Below, piece after piece: positions 56,273 through 64,000 of a stretch of DNA of 64,000 bases (positions within the stretch are counted from its first letter, which is position 1; each line of letters starts with the position of its first letter). The stretch is from Myxococcota bacterium. Lineage in GTDB: Bacteria; Myxococcota_A; UBA796; SXON01. The notes under the pieces are model-generated. The model had not been told where the DNA came from and made no database searches. It saw nothing but the letters and a program-made list of their open reading frames with translations. Both the position numbers and the translations under genes were made by a program. The stretch covers positions 123,578 through 187,577 of the forward strand of contig JAZKFH010000002.1 in assembly GCA_040386535.1 (NCBI GenBank), given 5' to 3'.

Positions 56273-56745
56273 TCCCAGATCTGCTGTCGACCCTCGCCGC
56301 GATGGTGCACGGCGGCGCCCTGATCGCGTTCGCCCTGCTCATCAACCTCCGCCACGCCATCCCGCGCGTGACGGACGAGGACGTGATCCGCGTCTACCGT
56401 GCCTTCGGTGGTGGGTTCGGCGTGTCGCTCGGCGTGCTCATCTTCTCGAACATCTGGATGTGGTGGCGCGATCTCGGCGCCGACCGCGGCATGCCCGACG
56501 CCTTCTCGGTGCCGTGGGACGACACGCTCACGGTGGCGCGCCTCTTCACGTTCGGAGCGTTCTGGGTGAGCTACGTCTGGCTCGAGATCTGGACCCTCGA
56601 TCCGCTGCGGCTGCTCGACGCCGGCGACATCAAGGACCGCGCCGCGTACACGCGCTCGGTCAACCAGGTGGCGACCCACATCGCCATCAACGCCGTGCTG
56701 TTCACCGCGGTGGTGGGCATGAGCGTGTGGGGCGCCCGGCCCTGA
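56269..56745 (+). CDS. Four-TM hypothetical membrane protein
   Basis: GTGA overlap with upstream gene; four hydrophobic helices. Confidence 0.72.
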   Translation: MIPDLLSTLAAMVHGGALIAFALLINLRHAIPRVTDEDVIRVYRAFGGGFGVSLGVLIFSNIWMWWRDLGADRGMPDAFSVPWDDTLTVARLFTFGAFWVSYVWLEIWTLDPLRLLDAGDIKDRAAYTRSVNQVATHIAINAVLFTAVVGMSVWGARP

Positions 56746-56803
56746 TCCGCGGGGTGCGGGAGGGGGCCCAAGGCGCTACGGCACACGCCCTTCGGAGCCC
56801 TCC

Positions 56804-57160
56804 ATGATCACCGGCGCCCACGCCATCCTCTACGCCCAGAACGCCGACGCCACGCGGGACTTCATCCGCGACGTGCTCGGCTTCCCCTTCGTCGACGCCG
56901 GCCACGGCTGGCTGATCTTCGCGCTCCCGCCCGCCGAGCTCGGCATCCACCCCACCGAGGGCGCCGGCAAGCACGAGCTCTACCTGATGTGTGACGACAT
57001 CGAGGCGACCGTCGCCGAGCTCACCCAGAAGGGCGTCACGTTCGGCGGCCCGGTCAGCGACCAGGGCTGGGGCCTGCTGGTGACCATCAAGGTGCCGGGC
57101 GGCGGCGATCTCGGGCTGTACGAGCCCCGCCATCCGGTCGCGGCGAGCCTGCCCCGCTGA
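56804..57160 (+). CDS. VOC/glyoxalase family protein
   Basis: GAHAILY, FIRDVLG, ELYLMCDDI, DQGWG, LYEPRH. Confidence 0.9.
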   Translation: MITGAHAILYAQNADATRDFIRDVLGFPFVDAGHGWLIFALPPAELGIHPTEGAGKHELYLMCDDIEATVAELTQKGVTFGGPVSDQGWGLLVTIKVPGGGDLGLYEPRHPVAASLPR

Positions 57161-57172
57161 TTCGGGGCCAGT

Positions 57173-57832
57173 CTATTGGGCGATTCGGTGGGGCTCGGTG
57201 ATGGCGTCCGGGTCGAGGCCGATCGCACGCAGGGCCCGGGCGCGCTGCCGGGCGATCCGGCGCTGCTGATAGGCGGCCACGCTCCGCCGCGTGACCTCGT
57301 AGCCAATCAATGCCACTGGCGCCGAGAGCATCAACGAGCCGGCGAAGAAGCCGAGCACGGACTCGAGCGCCATGACCTCCTGAAGCCACGTGCGCTCGAC
57401 CGGGATCTCGGGGCCCGCCACGCTGACGCCACCCAGGAACAGCGCGGCTACCGGGCGGCCGATGAGCACGGACAGCGCGATGATCGGCGCCGACGTGAGC
57501 GGATTGCTGAACCAGGAGCCGAGCGCCGCCGCGACGGGGGAGGCCCGCAGGCCGGTCGCGCGGCGCACGATCTCGACGATCCCCACCGCGAGCAACATCT
57601 GCGCCGGAATGGGGATGAACGCCACCAGGAGGCCGATGGCCATTCCCAGCGCCACCTCGCGCGGAGCGCCCGGCGATCGGATCATCCCCACGTACATCCT
57701 GCGGACTCGCTGCTTCAGGCGCTTCAGCACGAGGTCCCGGTTGCCGCGTGGAACGGCCGGCAGCGGCTCTTCGCGGATCCTGCCGAGGACCCTTCCGAAG
57801 ACCCGAAGTAGTAGAAAGCCGCCGTCATGCAC
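57173..57832 (-). CDS. DUF2062 family membrane protein
   Basis: PREVALGMAIGLLVAFIP...Q, WFSNPLT; start uncertain. Confidence 0.8.
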   Translation of the reverse strand: MHDGGFLLLRVFGRVLGRIREEPLPAVPRGNRDLVLKRLKQRVRRMYVGMIRSPGAPREVALGMAIGLLVAFIPIPAQMLLAVGIVEIVRRATGLRASPVAAALGSWFSNPLTSAPIIALSVLIGRPVAALFLGGVSVAGPEIPVERTWLQEVMALESVLGFFAGSLMLSAPVALIGYEVTRRSVAAYQQRRIARQRARALRAIGLDPDAITEPHRIAQ

Positions 57833-57931
57833 ACCCTTCGTATACGCCGCAGGCGAGCGGGGACAGGCCGATGCAAGCCCACGCACAGGAGATGACGGAG
57901 CGCGACGCCACATGCGCAACGCGAACGCGGG

Positions 57932-58069
57932 TCACGCGCCCTTGCGCCAGCGCTTGATGTCCTCCCACAGCTTGCCGAAGCAGATGTAGAAGATGATGGC
58001 GTTGGCGAGCATGAACACGCCGAACTCCGTCCATCCGACGAGCAGCGGGGGTTGGATGACGGCGATCAT
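57932..58069 (-). CDS. Small (45 aa) single-TM protein
   Basis: MIAVIQPPLLVGWTEFGVFMLANAIIFYICFGKLWEDIKRWRKGA; ATGA overlap with CoA-transferase stop. Confidence 0.6.
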   Translation of the reverse strand: MIAVIQPPLLVGWTEFGVFMLANAIIFYICFGKLWEDIKRWRKGA

Positions 58070-59076
58070 GCGCGCACGTATCCGACCCGAGCCAGCTCCG
58101 CCTTCGTGTGCTCCCCGAGCGCGGGGACAGGCCCATCCACGGGCCCGGTAGGCGGGTGCGCGAGGCCGTCGCGGAACAGATCGCGCGTCGCCACCTGGGG
58201 GTTGTTCGCCACCTCGGCGAGCGTCAGCACCGGGACGACACAGGCGCCCCCGAGCCGCTCGAGCCACACATCCCGAGCCGCGCTGCCGAACAGGCGCTGG
58301 AGCCCCTCCGCGGTCAGATCGGGGGTGGCGGCCCGGAGCACGGCCATGAACTGAGGCTCGAGCGCGGCCACGCTCACCCAGCCGCCGTCCGCGCAGCGGT
58401 AGAGCCCGTAGGCCGGCACGCCGCCGGTGAGCAGCTCGTCGGGGGGGGCGCCCGCCGCGAGCTGCGCGAACTGGGTCTGCTGGAGCCCGATGAGCCCGTC
58501 GAGCATGGCGATGTCGAGCCAGGCGCCGTCCCCGGTCCGCGCGCGGTCCAGCAGCGCCCCGGTGATGCGCAGCGCGGCGGCGAGCCCGCCCGCCGCGAGG
58601 TCTGCCCACTGGAGCTTCGGGACCCCGGGATCGGCGTGTCCGAGGAGCCCGGCGATGGAGAGGAACCCGATGTCGTGGCCGGGAAGCTGCGCGTAGGGGC
58701 CGGTCTGCCCCCACCCGGTGAGGCTCGCGATCACCAGCCGCGGGAAACGGGCGCGGAGCGCGAGCGGGTCGAGCCCGAGGCGCGTGAGGACACCCGGACG
58801 GAAGCTTTCCACGAGCACGTCCGCGTCGGCCAGGAGCGCCAACAGCGCGTCGCGGCCCTCGGGGAGCTTCAGATCGAGGGCGACCGAGCGCTTCCCACGG
58901 TTCAGCGCCGAGAACCACGCGCCGTGCTCCCCGAGCCTGGGCGGCACGTGCCGCACGAAATCGCCCCCGTTCGGATCCTCCACCTTCACCACCCGGGCAC
59001 CCAGCCCCTGCAGGCAAAGTGTGGCGAAGGGCCCCGGCAACAGGCGCGAAAGGTCGATGACGATCGTATCCTTCAC
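58066..59076 (-). CDS. CaiB/BaiF family III CoA-transferase / alpha-methylacyl-CoA racemase-like
   Basis: DLSRLLPGP, VKVE, NRGKRS, ESFRPG, GQTGP, GHDI, PALGEHT. Confidence 0.92.
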   Translation of the reverse strand: MKDTIVIDLSRLLPGPFATLCLQGLGARVVKVEDPNGGDFVRHVPPRLGEHGAWFSALNRGKRSVALDLKLPEGRDALLALLADADVLVESFRPGVLTRLGLDPLALRARFPRLVIASLTGWGQTGPYAQLPGHDIGFLSIAGLLGHADPGVPKLQWADLAAGGLAAALRITGALLDRARTGDGAWLDIAMLDGLIGLQQTQFAQLAAGAPPDELLTGGVPAYGLYRCADGGWVSVAALEPQFMAVLRAATPDLTAEGLQRLFGSAARDVWLERLGGACVVPVLTLAEVANNPQVATRDLFRDGLAHPPTGPVDGPVPALGEHTKAELARVGYVRA

Positions 59077-59130
59077 GCTCCCCTCCCCATTGAACTCATC
59101 CGTCGGCGTCTATCGCGATAGAGTGTCGGG

Positions 59131-59976
59131 ATGGTCGAACGTCCCGCGCGCCCGCTCTTCATCGTCAGTGACGGAACCGGTGACACCGCCGATCGTGTCA
59201 CGCGCGCCGCCCTCCGCCAGTTCGAGGGGTTTCGTGTGGCCGTGCACGTGTTCTCCAACGTGACCGACGGCGAACATCTCGACCGAATCCTGAAGCAGGC
59301 CGCCCTCACCGGCGCGTGTGTGGTCACCAGCCTCGTCGCGCCCGATCAGCGGTCCCGCGCGAACGAGCTGTCGCGCGCCTACCGCATCGTCCAGATCGAC
59401 GTCATCGGGGGCGTCATCAACGCGCTCTCGGGCTGGCTCGGCGAGGCCCCGGTCAACCAGCCCGGCCTCATGCATCGCACCGACGCCGAGTACTTCCGCC
59501 GCATCGAGGCGGTCGAGTTCACCGTCAAGGTGGACGACGGCAAGGAGCCGCGAATGTTGGAGAAGGCCGACATCGTGCTGGTGGGCGTGTCCCGCACCTC
59601 GAAAACGCCGCTCTCCGTCTTCCTGGCGTACAAGGGGTACAAGGTCGCCAACGTCCCCATCGTGCTCAACCGGGACCCGCCCGATCAGCTCTTCAACATC
59701 GACCCGCGCAAGGTGTTCGCGCTCACCATCGATCCCGAGGCGCTCCAGACCATCCGGAAGCAGCGTCTCCAGACGATGCGGATGCAGAGCGACACCAACT
59801 ATGGGCAGATGGACTACATCCTCGCCGAGCTCGAATACGCCGAGGAGCTGTACAAACGCAATCGCCAGTGGTCACACATCAACGTGACCAACAAGGCGCT
59901 CGAGGAGACCGCGGCGTCCATCCTCTCGCTCTACACGGAGCGTGGCGTGTTCGAGCGCGAGGTCGGTCAGCTGTGA
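59131..59976 (+). CDS. PEP synthase / pyruvate phosphate dikinase regulatory protein (DUF299 kinase-pyrophosphorylase)
   Basis: VSDGTGDTA, YFRRIEAVEF...DDG, GVSRTSKTP, ANVP, NKALEETA. Confidence 0.93.
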   Translation: MVERPARPLFIVSDGTGDTADRVTRAALRQFEGFRVAVHVFSNVTDGEHLDRILKQAALTGACVVTSLVAPDQRSRANELSRAYRIVQIDVIGGVINALSGWLGEAPVNQPGLMHRTDAEYFRRIEAVEFTVKVDDGKEPRMLEKADIVLVGVSRTSKTPLSVFLAYKGYKVANVPIVLNRDPPDQLFNIDPRKVFALTIDPEALQTIRKQRLQTMRMQSDTNYGQMDYILAELEYAEELYKRNRQWSHINVTNKALEETAASILSLYTERGVFEREVGQL

Positions 59977-59992
59977 CGCGGCGGTTCAGCCC

Positions 59993-61918
59993 GTGATCGG
60001 CAGCGTGCTCGACAAATACGAGGTGCTCCAGAAGCTCGGCGAAGGAGCGACCGCCACGGTGTACCGCGGCCGGCACCTCACGATTGGGCGTGACGTCGCG
60101 ATCAAGGTGCTCCACCCGCACCTCTCCGCGTCGAGCCGCTACCGCGAGCGGTTCAACCGCGAGGCGCGGGCCGTGGGGCGCCTGTCCCACCAGAACATCG
60201 TGTCGATCCTCGACTACTCGGGTCAGAACGCCGAGGAGTGCTACATCGTCACCGAGCTGGTGGATGGTGTCACGATCCTCGAGCTCATCCAGCAACGCGG
60301 CCGGCTCCCCTCCGAGATCGCCGCGCTCGTCGGCGCCTCGCTCGCCTCGGCGCTCGCCTTCGCCCACCGCGAGGGCATCATTCATCGGGACATCAAGCCC
60401 GAGAACGTGATGATCCGGCGGGACGGCCGGGTAAAGCTCATGGACTTCGGCGTGGCGCGCGTGCTCGACGAGAGCTCCATCACGCTCGACGGCTCATTGC
60501 TCGGCTCGCCCGCCTACATGAGCCCGCAACAGGCGCTCGACGAGACGCTCGACGGGCGGACCGACCTCTTCAGCCTCGGAACCGTACTGTTCCACGCCGT
60601 GACCGGGCACGTCCCCTTCTCCGGCAGCAACGCCTCGGTCATCCTCCGCAACATCATCGAGGCCAACCGGCCCGACGTGCTCGAGCTCGCCCCACAGGCC
60701 TCCCCCGCCATCGCCGCCGTGATCGACCGGCTGCTCCAGCCGCGCCCCGACGACCGGTATCCCACCGGTGACGACGCGAGCGCAGCGCTGCTCGAGTGCC
60801 TCGCCGAGGTGGGCATCTCGGCTGATCACCCCACCATCAACCTGCGCGCCTACGTGGTCGACGCCGTGTCGTGCGAGGACCACCTCGCGACGATCCTGCG
60901 CCCCACCCTGCTCCAGGTCGGCAAGGACCGCCTCGACCGGGGCGACACGCTCGGCGCGCTCCAGTTCTTCAACCGGCTCCTCGCGATCGACGAGGACAAC
61001 GCCGAGGTCATCTCCCTCATCCAGTCGCTCCACCAGGCCGCGCCGGAGCCTTCGCGGCGGACACGTGCGCTGCTGCCGGCGCTCGTCATCGTGGTCCTGG
61101 GGCTGCTCGTCGGCGGGAGCTGGTGGGTATGGAGCCAGCGGGATGTCCCTCCGCGGGCGGCGGGGCGCGCGGCCACCGAGGCGGAGGCCGATCCGGCGTC
61201 GAGCGCCACGTCGGACGGTACGGAGAGCAGCACGGGCCCCGCGGACGTCGGCAGCGCCACGAACACGGCCGGGTCGAACCCCACCGGCGGCGCCACCGCA
61301 CCCGACGCGGCCGGCACCCCGGTCGCAGCGGCGGTCTCCCCTCCCCGCACCTCCCTCGGGGACCTGCTCCCCGTGCGGATCCCCGAGGGCGCACGCAAGG
61401 CGATGGATCTGCCCCGGCCGGTAAAGCTGGCGGAGGTCGTGTTCATCATCACCGACAACGCGACCTACGACGTATGGGTCGACGGCGTGAGGGTCGGCGC
61501 GCGTCGCGACGGAAACCCGACGGAGACCTGGATCGGCACCGGTACCCGCCCCCTCAAGCTCACGCCGGGGAAACACGCCATCGAGGTGCGCAACCCCTAC
61601 GCCGACCCCTGGCGCACCGAGGTCCAGCTCTCGGAGGGCGAGCCCCTGACCCTGACCCCCGTGCTGCTCCGCAAGCAGGTCGAGTTCACCGTCCACTACC
61701 TCATCCCCGATGCGTGCAAGCTGACCATCGGCGACATGGTGTACGATCCCGTCCGCACGTTCCGAACGATCAAGCTTCGTGATCCGAGGCCCGACACGCT
61801 CGCGACGTTCGAATGCCCCGGCCCGATCGGCACCTTTGCCGTACCGATCGGCAAGACCGAGCCCGGTGGCACGGTCTTCCTGCCGACGCACGTCCCCAAC
61901 CTCCCGGCCACGCCATGA
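59993..61918 (+). CDS. Membrane Ser/Thr protein kinase with TPR-like helix, TM and PEGA-like extracellular domain
   Basis: GEGATATV, VAIK, HRDIKPEN, DFG, GSPAYMSP; TM ALVIVVLGLLVGG. Confidence 0.92.
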   Translation: MIGSVLDKYEVLQKLGEGATATVYRGRHLTIGRDVAIKVLHPHLSASSRYRERFNREARAVGRLSHQNIVSILDYSGQNAEECYIVTELVDGVTILELIQQRGRLPSEIAALVGASLASALAFAHREGIIHRDIKPENVMIRRDGRVKLMDFGVARVLDESSITLDGSLLGSPAYMSPQQALDETLDGRTDLFSLGTVLFHAVTGHVPFSGSNASVILRNIIEANRPDVLELAPQASPAIAAVIDRLLQPRPDDRYPTGDDASAALLECLAEVGISADHPTINLRAYVVDAVSCEDHLATILRPTLLQVGKDRLDRGDTLGALQFFNRLLAIDEDNAEVISLIQSLHQAAPEPSRRTRALLPALVIVVLGLLVGGSWWVWSQRDVPPRAAGRAATEAEADPASSATSDGTESSTGPADVGSATNTAGSNPTGGATAPDAAGTPVAAAVSPPRTSLGDLLPVRIPEGARKAMDLPRPVKLAEVVFIITDNATYDVWVDGVRVGARRDGNPTETWIGTGTRPLKLTPGKHAIEVRNPYADPWRTEVQLSEGEPLTLTPVLLRKQVEFTVHYLIPDACKLTIGDMVYDPVRTFRTIKLRDPRPDTLATFECPGPIGTFAVPIGKTEPGGTVFLPTHVPNLPATP

Positions 61919-62367
61919 CCCTGCTGTCGCGGCGGCGGGGCCCCGCGAGCCTCTTGTCGTTCCAGAAGCCCGTGCCCCCCTGGTTTTCCGGCGTGTGGCA
62001 CATCGCTTGCATTCCCGTCCTGGCATCGGGCTGTTTCTACCTGGGCCCGATCCCCACCTTGGAAGAGAACGTGGCCCCTGAAGTCCTGCGGCAGACGGAG
62101 ACCCCCGACGGGGTCATCCTCATCGGGCCCGAAGGGCACAAGGTGACCGTGCTGGCGCGCGATCCCGAGGGGGATCCCATGGTGTTCATCTGGAGCCTCT
62201 CGAAGGGTGGCATCGTCGGCACGGCCTACCCCGTCAACAACGGCGAAGGCAGCGAGGTCGCCCTCCCCTTCGACGAGCAGCTCGACGGCCAGACGCTCTA
62301 CGTCGACATCGACGATGGGCAGAACGCCTATGTCACCGTTGCCTGGCCCCTGGAGGTGTTGCTGTGA
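61915..62367 (+). CDS. Hypothetical lipoprotein (Ig-like)
   Basis: ATGA overlap; LASGC lipobox-like; ARDPEGDP; start may be later. Confidence 0.65.
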   Translation: MTLLSRRRGPASLLSFQKPVPPWFSGVWHIACIPVLASGCFYLGPIPTLEENVAPEVLRQTETPDGVILIGPEGHKVTVLARDPEGDPMVFIWSLSKGGIVGTAYPVNNGEGSEVALPFDEQLDGQTLYVDIDDGQNAYVTVAWPLEVLL

Positions 62368-64000
62368 GACACGTGTTTGCGAGTCTCCTGCTGATCCTTG
62401 CCGGTTGCGGCCCCAACTTCGCGGACGACTCGGCAAAGGGCACCGACACCGAGGGTACGCCCGCTGGGACGCTGCGCCTGGACGTGACGCCCCCGGCCAC
62501 GGAGGGCGCGATCCTGCTGCCGCAGAGCCACGTCATCGCGCCGGACAACTACGAGGGCCTCGGCCTGGAGCTGTTCGGTACCCGCTACGTCTCCGGCGTG
62601 CTCACCGCGCAGGTGGCCCGCGGCTATCCTCAGCTCCTGGGTGCGCCCACCACCTCCGAGCCGCTGCTCGCCGGCATCCTGGCGCTGCCCGAGGGGGATC
62701 TGCAGGGCGCCATCGCGCAGAGCGGAGAGGACGGTCTGTTCGTGCTCTCCTTCCCGGCGTACGCGACCCCCATCGACGTCGCGATCGTTCCTGTCGACGC
62801 CGGAATGGCCCCCGTGCTCGTGCTCGCGGCCCCCACGTCCGACACGGCGGGTTGGAACCAGGAGATCGTGCCGGGCATCCCCGTGTACGGGCGCGTGACC
62901 GGCGAGGTGGAGGGTGTGGAGCAGAGGCTCGCCGGCATCCCCCTCCGCATCTCCCGCACGATCGGGGGCCAGGTCGTGAGCAGCGCGGTGTTCACCACCG
63001 ACCGCACCGGCTGGTACGTCGCGCGTGTGGATCAGCTCGGGGACTACACGATCGAGGTCGAGGGCGGCGCCCCCAACGCGAGCGAGCAGATGGCCCCCGC
63101 GCTCTCCGTCCCGGTGCTGGTCGAGGCCCCGGAGGGCATCGAGCTTCCCCTCGTGCTCGGGAACGTGATGGCCGCCTCGGTGGACGGCAGCGTCGTCGAC
63201 GCCGACGGGCGCCGCGTGCCGGACGCGCGCGTGCGGTTCACGTCGGTGACGCTCGACAGCGGCATCGGCTCGCTCGAGGTGGAGACGAACACGACCGAGG
63301 AGGGGCGCTTCATCACCGATCTGTTGCCCGGCATGTACGACATCGAGATCATGCCCGCGTACGAGGCCCAGGTGACGACCAGCCCCGCCCGGTTCCCGCG
63401 CCAGCGCATCACGGATGGCGTCAGCCTGCGCAACCTCGAGCTCTCGCGGGCCGCGCGCCTCACCGGCCGGGTGGTCACGGTCGAAGAGGAGCCGGTGGCC
63501 GACGTGCAGATCGTCGCGACCGAAGTAGGCTTCGGCGGGCACGTGTACTACGCCAGCACCGGCCCGGACGGCGGCTTCGACTTCCCGGTGACCGACGTGC
63601 CGCTCACCATCACGCTGACGCCCGCGCAGAGCGGGGACAGCGCCATAACCACGGTGAACATCGAGGATCCGGACGACCTCGGCGTCGTCCGGCTCGATGT
63701 CGGCGTGCCCGTGAGCGGGCGGCTCTCCCACCAGGGCGCCGAGATCGCGTACGCCTCGGTCGACGTGTACGACGCGGGCTCCGGTGTCCTCCTCGGCCGC
63801 ACCGTCTCCGACGAGACGGGCGCGTTCTCACTCCGCATCTCCGTGCCCGCGCCGACGGAGACCGAGGAGACCGAGACCGATACCGGCGGCGATACGGCGG
63901 ACACGGACACCGACACCGACACCTCCGACACCGACACCGACACCTCCGACACCGACACCTCCGACACCGACACCTCCGACACCGACACCTCCGACACCGA
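62364..64000 (+). CDS. Lipoprotein with carboxypeptidase-regulatory-like repeats and Asp/Thr-rich tail (3' truncated; absent from ORF track)
   Basis: GTG overlapping upstream TGA; VRHVFASLLLILAGC lipobox; GxV...GxPV repeats; no stop before window end. Confidence 0.8.
   Translation, partial: MRHVFASLLLILAGCGPNFADDSAKGTDTEGTPAGTLRLDVTPPATEGAILLPQSHVIAPDNYEGLGLELFGTRYVSGVLTAQVARGYPQLLGAPTTSEPLLAGILALPEGDLQGAIAQSGEDGLFVLSFPAYATPIDVAIVPVDAGMAPVLVLAAPTSDTAGWNQEIVPGIPVYGRVTGEVEGVEQRLAGIPLRISRTIGGQVVSSAVFTTDRTGWYVARVDQLGDYTIEVEGGAPNASEQMAPALSVPVLVEAPEGIELPLVLGNVMAASVDGSVVDADGRRVPDARVRFTSVTLDSGIGSLEVETNTTEEGRFITDLLPGMYDIEIMPAYEAQVTTSPARFPRQRITDGVSLRNLELSRAARLTGRVVTVEEEPVADVQIVATEVGFGGHVYYASTGPDGGFDFPVTDVPLTITLTPAQSGDSAITTVNIEDPDDLGVVRLDVGVPVSGRLSHQGAEIAYASVDVYDAGSGVLLGRTVSDETGAFSLRISVPAPTETEETETDTGGDTADTDTDTDTSDTDTDTSDTDTSDTDTSDTDTSDT
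63906..64000 (+). repeat. Coding tandem repeat GACACCGACACCTCC (DTDTS)
   Basis: At least five 15/21-bp units, running off the window end. Confidence 0.9.

Noticed and set aside
1..64000. Numerous long Arg/Pro/Gly-rich alternative-frame and antisense ORFs (e.g. 20411-23569+, 30978-34025+, 11349-13559+)
   Set aside because: Expected shadows of real genes in high-GC DNA; no motifs, and they overlap well-supported genes
63906..64000. Tandem repeat as a possible CRISPR array
   Set aside because: No unique spacers; in-frame coding DTDTS; no cas genes

Overview
Very GC-rich (roughly 70% by eye), densely coding bacterial chromosome segment with about 59 genes. The organism is probably Myxococcota or a related Deltaproteobacteria-like lineage. 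This is an inference from MYXO-CTERM-like tails, a TonB-C-fused TonB-dependent receptor, many Cys-lipoproteins and a ferritin-like lipoprotein. Envelope genes: lipid A/LPS genes (lpxL-like, a waaA-lpxK fusion, msbA, an ArnT/PMT-like transferase plus a polyprenol-P-sugar synthase), several other glycosyltransferases and murG. Housekeeping genes: rlmB, trmB, moaD/moaE, gshA, slyD, a ppsR/ydiA-type regulator and a JAB-DinG helicase. There are four PPIases, three ferritin-like diiron proteins and many secreted or lipoprotein genes. I saw no rRNA, tRNA, CRISPR array, transposase, integrase or phage genes. Most unusual signals: (1) a divergent locus at 51.5-56.7 kb where three enzyme homologues (S8 subtilase, MmgE/PrpD, M28-like) each appear to have lost catalytic residues, around a FadL-like channel that seems to start at CTG; (2) a recurring TA-N4 (-10-like) hexamer exactly 6 nt before many start codons, suggesting widespread leaderless transcription, with an identical 11-bp element shared by the divergent dinG and murG genes; (3) a DUF455 ferritin/ATP-grasp fusion heading the lipid A operon; (4) an orphan barstar-like fusion; (5) an SdpA/SdpB-like pair with no visible precursor. 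All family assignments come from motif recognition by eye, not database searches. I re-picked many start codons relative to the supplied ORF track.
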